Assembly: GCA_034718555.1 (NCBI GenBank)
Contig: JAYEMW010000359.1
Span: forward strand, 1-43,224
Reading direction: 5' to 3'
Source: Thermodesulfobacteriota bacterium
GTDB lineage: Bacteria > Desulfobacterota > DSM-4660 > Desulfatiglandales > B25-G16
Length of the DNA stretch: 43,224 nucleotides
Position 1 is the stretch's first letter. Each line of letters opens with the position of its first letter. The notes under the pieces are model-generated. The model was given only the letters and a program-made list of their open reading frames with translations. It was not told where the DNA came from and ran no database searches. Shown one piece after another: positions 38,286-43,224 of this stretch. Position numbers and translations under genes: made by a program.

Positions 38286-39466
38286 TTTAAAAACCTCTTT
38301 AGACGGAGGATTCCCTCCTCAAGTGTCTCATCTTTCTTGCAAAAACAGAAACGCACGTATTCTTTTCCCATTCTTCTGTCCTTCCAGAAATAGGATGCTG
38401 GAATCGCCGCTACTCCGGCCTTTTCAGGAAGCATACGACAGAAAGCGCTGTCTTCTTCAAAACCAAGGGATGTAATATCCGCCATTACATAATAGGCCCC
38501 CTCCGGAAGATAAATATTGAAACCAATGTCTTTCAACCCTTCAAACAGGAATTTTCTCTTTCTATTGTATTCTTCAAGCAATTCTGCGTAAAAGGTGTCT
38601 GGAAAGTCAATGGCAAATGCCATTGCCTCCTGCAATGCTGCCTGTCCACAGAATGTTATAAACTGATGGCTCATGCGCACTGCCTTTGTAAGTTCCGGAG
38701 ATGCTGCTACATAGCCTATTTTCCAACCGGTCATTGAAAATGTTTTTGCCGTAGAGGAAATTACAAAGGCCCTTTCCCTTAATTCCGGGATGCTCAGAAG
38801 TGTTGTATGATTTTTTCCATCAAAGACAAGGTGTTCATAAACTTCATCGCCTATGGCAAAGGTATTGTGTTTTTGGCACAAAGAGCCGATATAGGAAAGT
38901 TCTTCCCTTGTAAAAACCTTTCCGCATGGATTTTGGGGATTATTTATCACAATGACCCTGGTTTTTGGCCCAAAGGCGTCTGCCAGTTCTTTTTCAGGCA
39001 GTTCAAAGTTAGGGCCTTTAAGGGAAACATAGCGAACATTAGCATGGGCCATGGCCGCTATAGGCGGATAAATGTCGTAGAATGGTTCAAGTAAGATAAC
39101 CTCGTCACCAGGCTCTAATATGCCCATCATTGTTCCGTATAAACCCTCTGTGGCGCCTGATGTAACTGTCAGCTCATTTTTAGCATCTACATCAACATCA
39201 TAAAAACGTTTCATTTTACGGGCTATTGCATGTCGTAATTCATTGAGACCCTCAGAGGATATATATTGATTCGGCCCTCTAATAATACACTCTGCCGCCT
39301 TTTGTTTAATAGAATCAGGCCCATCAAAATCCGGTGACCCCTGGGAAAGGTTTACTGCATTATAGGCGTTTGCAATAACGTTTATCTCTGTAAAAATAGT
39401 AGTCCCAAAGGGTCTCAGGGACTTGGTTACAACTTGTCTTTCCTTTTTTTCACTGTTTAATGGCAA
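38282..39466 (-). CDS. PLP-dependent class I aminotransferase (YbdL-like)
   Basis: NLSQG, GATEG, NNPQNPCG, DEVYEH, AKTFSMTGWKIG, RFCFCK. Confidence 0.88.
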   Translation of the reverse strand: MPLNSEKKERQVVTKSLRPFGTTIFTEINVIANAYNAVNLSQGSPDFDGPDSIKQKAAECIIRGPNQYISSEGLNELRHAIARKMKRFYDVDVDAKNELTVTSGATEGLYGTMMGILEPGDEVILLEPFYDIYPPIAAMAHANVRYVSLKGPNFELPEKELADAFGPKTRVIVINNPQNPCGKVFTREELSYIGSLCQKHNTFAIGDEVYEHLVFDGKNHTTLLSIPELRERAFVISSTAKTFSMTGWKIGYVAASPELTKAVRMSHQFITFCGQAALQEAMAFAIDFPDTFYAELLEEYNRKRKFLFEGLKDIGFNIYLPEGAYYVMADITSLGFEEDSAFCRMLPEKAGVAAIPASYFWKDRRMGKEYVRFCFCKKDETLEEGILRLKRFLK

Positions 39467-39589
39467 AATAATAAACTCCTATAAAAAGATTTGAGATTAT
39501 TTCCTTATTTTGTAGAACAATATATAACTATCCTTTAAGAGTTATACAATATACAAAAAGTCATATTATAAGGTCAAGGTGAAAGAAAA

Positions 39590-39726
39590 TTGACGGTCTC
39601 GTAAAAAGTCGTCACTCCGGTGAAAACCGGAGTCCAGATGGTCTGCAACTGCTTGAAAAGACTGGATTCCGGCTTTCGCCGGAATGACGGAAAACGGTAT
39701 TTCGAGACTTTTTACGAGCCCGTCAA
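39590..39726. mobile_element. Family R1 MITE (insert-free counterpart of 39840-40030)
   Basis: TTGACGGTCTCGTAAAAAGTC...GACTTTTTACGAGCCCGTCAA; AAAT on both sides of TGAC...GTCA. Confidence 0.88.
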
Positions 39727-39800
39727 AATTAGTTAAATAGTGGAAATCTATAAACGTGAAATAAATTTTCCAATGCATTGCTGTTTTTATGGCTATCCTA

Positions 39801-39829
39801 TTGACGCCAGGATGATTATATTTTATATT
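39801..39829 (+). promoter_or_regulatory. Possible sigma70 promoter for the downstream MBL gene
   Basis: TTGACG-17-TATATT. Confidence 0.45.
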
Positions 39830-39839
39830 TCTTAGAATG

Positions 39840-40030
39840 CTGGTCTCGTAAAAAGCGTTATCAGACCGCTGAGTGCGGCCACACATCTAAAAGTAACTTG
39901 AGTTACTTAGAAGTCGTCACTCCGGTGAAAACCGGAGTCCAGATGGTCTGCAACTGCTTGAAAAGACTGGATTCCGGCTTTCGCCGGAATGACGGAAAAC
40001 GGTATTTCGAGACTTTTTACGAGCCCTCAG
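39840..40030. mobile_element. Family R1 MITE with 55-bp R2 insert (39856-39910) in its left TIR
   Basis: Interior matches 39590-39726 except for the insert flanked by duplicated AAG. Confidence 0.88.
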
Positions 40031-40125
40031 ATAATTTTTTGAAGCGAAGCGGAAATCCCGATCTACTGGGGTTAATTGTTGAACATGCCTAAAAGGCCAA
40101 GGAAGAAAAACATAAGGAGATATTG

Positions 40126-40755
40126 ATGGATATTGAACAGATGAAGGTTGGATTCATGGATGTTTTTTGTTATATAGTTTCATGTCCTAATACTAAAGAG
40201 GCATTGGTTATTGATCCAGCCGGTGACGAAGAACGTATAGTTTCAAGGGTGAAGGAGAAGGAACTTGACTTAAAATATATTGTTAATACCCACGGCCATC
40301 CGGACCATACATGCGGCAATTTTAAAATGAAGGACATTACAGGGGCAAAGATAATTATTCACGAACTTGATGAACAGATGTTTAACAGTACCCATGGGAA
40401 TGAAATTGCCCGGCAGTGGGGTTTTACACCTTCACCACCGGCTGATATAACAGTGAAAGATGGTGATTATATTACAGTAGGCGATGTTTCACTTAAGGTT
40501 ATACATACACCAGGGCATAGCCCAGGAGGAGTATGCCTGCTTGGAGAGGGAAATCTTTTTTCAGGTGATACGCTTTTTGTGGGCGCTATTGGACGAACGG
40601 ACCTGCCGGGCGCATCAATGGAGCAGTTTATGGATTCCATAAAGAAAAAGCTTCTTACCCTTCCCGGCGAAACAATTGTATGGCCTGGGCATGACTATGG
40701 CGTAAGTCCTTCTTCCACAATTGAGGCTGAAATACGGACAAATCCCTATCTTTAA
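40126..40755 (+). CDS. MBL-fold hydrolase (glyoxalase II-like)
   Basis: THGHPDH, HTPGHSPG, FSGDTLF, GRTDLPG, PGHDY. Confidence 0.9.
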   Translation: MDIEQMKVGFMDVFCYIVSCPNTKEALVIDPAGDEERIVSRVKEKELDLKYIVNTHGHPDHTCGNFKMKDITGAKIIIHELDEQMFNSTHGNEIARQWGFTPSPPADITVKDGDYITVGDVSLKVIHTPGHSPGGVCLLGEGNLFSGDTLFVGAIGRTDLPGASMEQFMDSIKKKLLTLPGETIVWPGHDYGVSPSSTIEAEIRTNPYL

Positions 40756-40831
40756 GAAGGCGTTCTTATTTTAAATGATCAAACATTGATGTTTGGCTCT
40801 AATTTGTTAAGGAGATGAGAAGGAGTATCTA

Positions 40832-41125
40832 ATGGGAAAAGTAATTGAAAAAGACCAATGGGTCTGGGTTATAGTCCAGGATCCTGGAAGTAGCGAGCAT
40901 TTTTTAGGACAGATTGATAAACAAGAAGATGTGTCCTTTATATTAACATTTCTTAAGAAGGACGATGCCTTAGACTGCCTTAATATTCTCACGCTTGAAA
41001 GGGGACGAAAATATGAGGTTCAGGGAATCATATATGAAGACCTGGCAAGTGAGGCTGTTTCCAATGATTTTAAGGTATATATCTTAAATGCATCTGGTGA
41101 AATTCTTGAAAGGATCAACCCTTAA
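40832..41125 (+). CDS. Hypothetical protein
   Basis: 97-aa ORF with AAGGAG ribosome-binding site. Confidence 0.7.
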   Translation: MGKVIEKDQWVWVIVQDPGSSEHFLGQIDKQEDVSFILTFLKKDDALDCLNILTLERGRKYEVQGIIYEDLASEAVSNDFKVYILNASGEILERINP

Positions 41126-41204
41126 GCTTCAGGTAGCCGTTCACGGCTTGAAACTTGTCGAAGATCCCGCCAAGCGGGGAAATTGGAAAATAGAAATTTG
41201 TGAG

Positions 41205-41289
41205 ACCTGTCTGCGCCTGCCTGTGCGATGCACCTGTCTGCGTGCATCGCACAGGCAGGCGCAGACAGGTGCGGGCACACACAGGCAGG
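41205..41289. repeat. Triply nested 27-bp palindrome forming a perfect 29-bp-arm hairpin
   Basis: 41205-41233 and 41242-41270 are exact reverse complements with an 8-nt loop. Confidence 0.85.
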
Positions 41290-41290
41290 G

Positions 41291-41428
41291 ATGAAACGAG
41301 TTTACGAGTTGGATGTTTACAAACCGGTAGAAGAGTTATCAGATAAAGCTTGGCATGATTTTGATAAAACAATAGTTGAAAAACTCGGCCCAAGATTGAA
41401 TGGGTTTACCCACAGTACAAAAGAATGA
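41291..41428 (+). pseudogene. 45-aa internally deleted four-helix-bundle (23S rRNA IVP-like) protein
   Basis: MKRVYELDVYKPVEELSDKAWHDFDK-TIVEKLGPRLNGFTHSTKE resembles the family's N-terminal (ELDVYK...EELSD..W) and C-terminal (LGP.LN.F) ends. Confidence 0.6.
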
Positions 41429-41509
41429 AGGCCAAATTTCCAATCCCGCCCTGCGGGACTAATTTCTAATTTCAGCGTTCCGTGAACGCTTACAATATGA
41501 GTTTGAATT

Positions 41510-41935
41510 ATGAACCATAAAGGTACGTTTAAAAAAGTTGGAAAGTCAGAAAAACAAATGTATGGGCCAAGAAAAATCATTGTTTGTGGTTATCCCACAA
41601 CAGAGCATAATTCAATACTTTCACTGATTCAAGGCCTTAAATCCGAGGACATGCCAACTGTTTTTGCCACAGAAGACAATCTAAGCAGCACGCTTAAGGA
41701 TATAATGACATTAGTTGATAAATCCGGCTTAGGCGAACCATCAAACATGAAAAGGGCCATAATTATGTCCGGCCTAACACAAAAGGGACTTCAAAAACTT
41801 ATGACGGCCTATAGGAACGCCGGTCTGCCATCACAATTATGGGCCAGTTTGACCCCAACCTCGGAAACTTGGCCACTCAAAACCCTTCTTGATGAATTAT
41901 CAGCAGAGGCAGAGGCATTTAAAAAACAGCAATAA
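41510..41935 (+). CDS. DUF3783-like protein
   Basis: RAIIMSGLT, LWASLTPTSETWPLKTLLDELSAE. Confidence 0.75.
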   Translation: MNHKGTFKKVGKSEKQMYGPRKIIVCGYPTTEHNSILSLIQGLKSEDMPTVFATEDNLSSTLKDIMTLVDKSGLGEPSNMKRAIIMSGLTQKGLQKLMTAYRNAGLPSQLWASLTPTSETWPLKTLLDELSAEAEAFKKQQ

Positions 41936-42082
41936 TTGATATATTCAGAAAGCTGAACCATGATGATATTGCAATCATTACCCGCCCCTTAAATTTGCAG
42001 CCGTTCACGGCTTGAAACTTGTTGAAGCGAAGCGAAGCGCAGATCCCGCCAAGCGGGGAAATTGGAAAAAGGAGAATATAAG

Positions 42083-42478
42083 ATGAGAGGAATTATCGTG
42101 CGATGGATAATGCTGACAGCTGCCATTATGTTTGCCTCTTATGTAATAGAAGGCATACATGTAAGAGGGTTCTTCAGCGCCTTATTTGCAGCGGCCATGT
42201 TAGGTTTTCTTAATTCTTTTTTTCGCCCGATCTTGATTATTATAACGCTCCCTGTAAATATTTTAACTTTAGGTCTTTTTACATTTGTCATTAATGCCAT
42301 GTTACTTAAGATGGCATCAGGGGTGATACAAGGATTTGAGGTATATGGTTTTTGGTCTGCCGTTTTTGGATCTCTGATTATAAGCGCAGTTAGCTGGCTT
42401 CTAAGTTCTTTTATAAGTGGGCAGGGAAGGGTAGAGTATATTGATCTAAAAAAGAAGCGGGGAGGTCGATGGGAATGA
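42083..42478 (+). CDS. 4-TM YvlD-like / phage holin family membrane protein
   Basis: NSFFRPILIIITLPVNILTLGLFTFVINA, GFWSAVFGS; start at ATG 42083. Confidence 0.85.
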   Translation: MRGIIVRWIMLTAAIMFASYVIEGIHVRGFFSALFAAAMLGFLNSFFRPILIIITLPVNILTLGLFTFVINAMLLKMASGVIQGFEVYGFWSAVFGSLIISAVSWLLSSFISGQGRVEYIDLKKKRGGRWE

Positions 42479-42503
42479 TAAAGAATGTAAAAAGGGACGT
42501 GAA

Positions 42504-43224
42504 ATGAGAATAAAAAGATATCTATACATAACATTTATTATAATAACATTTATGCTTGCAGGGCCGTTTATGGTTTCTGCATTTACTCAAGACGGAGATG
42601 TAGCGCCCCTTGGGAACAGGGATGGGATTGTTAATGTAGGTGATGCATTGGTGGCCCTGCGTTTTGCCCTGGATCTGGAGACATACACACAGGAAGATAT
42701 AGAGCATGGGGACATAGGTCCCCTTGACGCAGACGGCCAACCCAATCCTGATGGTAAGATTACAGTAGGTGATGCCCTGGTGATACTTAGAAAGGCATTA
42801 GGACTTGTGAGTTGGGGAGCTGATAAGGCATACACAATGGAGGAGTATTTTCCACTTGACGGAAGCTGGGAAACAGATAAATGGACCATGTTTATCTCTC
42901 AAAGGGGAAGAGATGTTAATGGTTTAAAAACTAAGGCCATGGTAGATACATTGTACCCAGTAATATACTATTGGACAAATGATGAAAGTGGCTGGAGGAT
43001 GCATGGATTTATGTTTATGGAGTTTGATGAGGATGATGCATTTTTTCTGAAATTTTCCGATCCAATAATATTTGCAGACCCTTTCTGTAAGATCGGTGAT
43101 AAAGAGGAGGGACCGTTAGCCATTGAGAATGCAGGAACAGAAGAGTTAAAATACAAAGTTACCCTTATGGGCGTGGAGGATGTGTCTGTTCCGGCAGGAA
43201 ATTTCACTAACTGCCTGAAATTTG
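42504..43224 (+). CDS. Secreted protein with dockerin-like domain, truncated by window end
   Basis: Not in the ORF track; signal peptide, GDVAPLGNRDGIVNVGDALVALR and GDIGP...DGKITVGDALVILRKALGL repeats, later EDVSVPAGNFTNCLKF. Confidence 0.8.
   Translation, partial: MRIKRYLYITFIIITFMLAGPFMVSAFTQDGDVAPLGNRDGIVNVGDALVALRFALDLETYTQEDIEHGDIGPLDADGQPNPDGKITVGDALVILRKALGLVSWGADKAYTMEEYFPLDGSWETDKWTMFISQRGRDVNGLKTKAMVDTLYPVIYYWTNDESGWRMHGFMFMEFDEDDAFFLKFSDPIIFADPFCKIGDKEEGPLAIENAGTEELKYKVTLMGVEDVSVPAGNFTNCLKF

Larger units (their letters stand above)
41133..41493. mobile_element. GTAA-type (R3-related) element carrying a four-helix-bundle gene remnant
   Basis: GTAGCCGTTCACGG...CCGTGAACGCTTAC ends; GAAATTG/GAAAATA/GAAATTT heptads left, AATTTCC/AATTTCT/AATTTCA right; left end repeated at 41998-42069. 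Confidence 0.75.

Noticed and set aside
41291-41428. Diversity-generating retroelement accessory gene (Avd)
   Set aside because: The fold family is related, but there is no reverse transcriptase or template/variable repeat pair in the window.
42083-42478. Prophage, based on the holin-family annotation
   Set aside because: YvlD-like proteins are common chromosomal genes and no other phage genes are present.
42522-43207. Minus-strand ORFs at the window end
   Set aside because: Shadows of the plus-strand secreted protein starting at 42504.

Overview
AT-rich bacterial chromosome segment whose gene content suggests an anaerobic Desulfobacterota-like organism (inference). Metabolic and housekeeping genes: sigma54 activator, IscU-like scaffold, transaldolase-PGI fusion, rpe, a frameshifted NCS2 permease, recG, UDP-glucose dehydrogenase plus UDP-glucuronate decarboxylase, and an aminotransferase-amidase-trxC cluster. 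An oxidative-stress cluster starts with a selenocysteine (UGA) peroxiredoxin under a sigma70 promoter with a Fur/PerR-type box. There are five toxin-antitoxin pairs, two with damaged toxins. The most unusual feature is the intergenic DNA. It holds at least seven families of small non-coding elements, and no transposase is present in the window. These include (i) CGTC-REP doublets in terminal inverted repeats, two of which carry the same 55-58 bp insert at the same position with a CTT duplication, with empty alleles present in the window; (ii) GTAA-ended elements, two with perfect 8-bp target duplications (IS66-like signature), one carrying an internally deleted four-helix-bundle gene; (iii) a 27-bp palindrome nested inside itself; and (iv) a repeat family that punctuates a tandem run of TA modules. 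All protein calls come from motif recognition by eye; no database searches were run.
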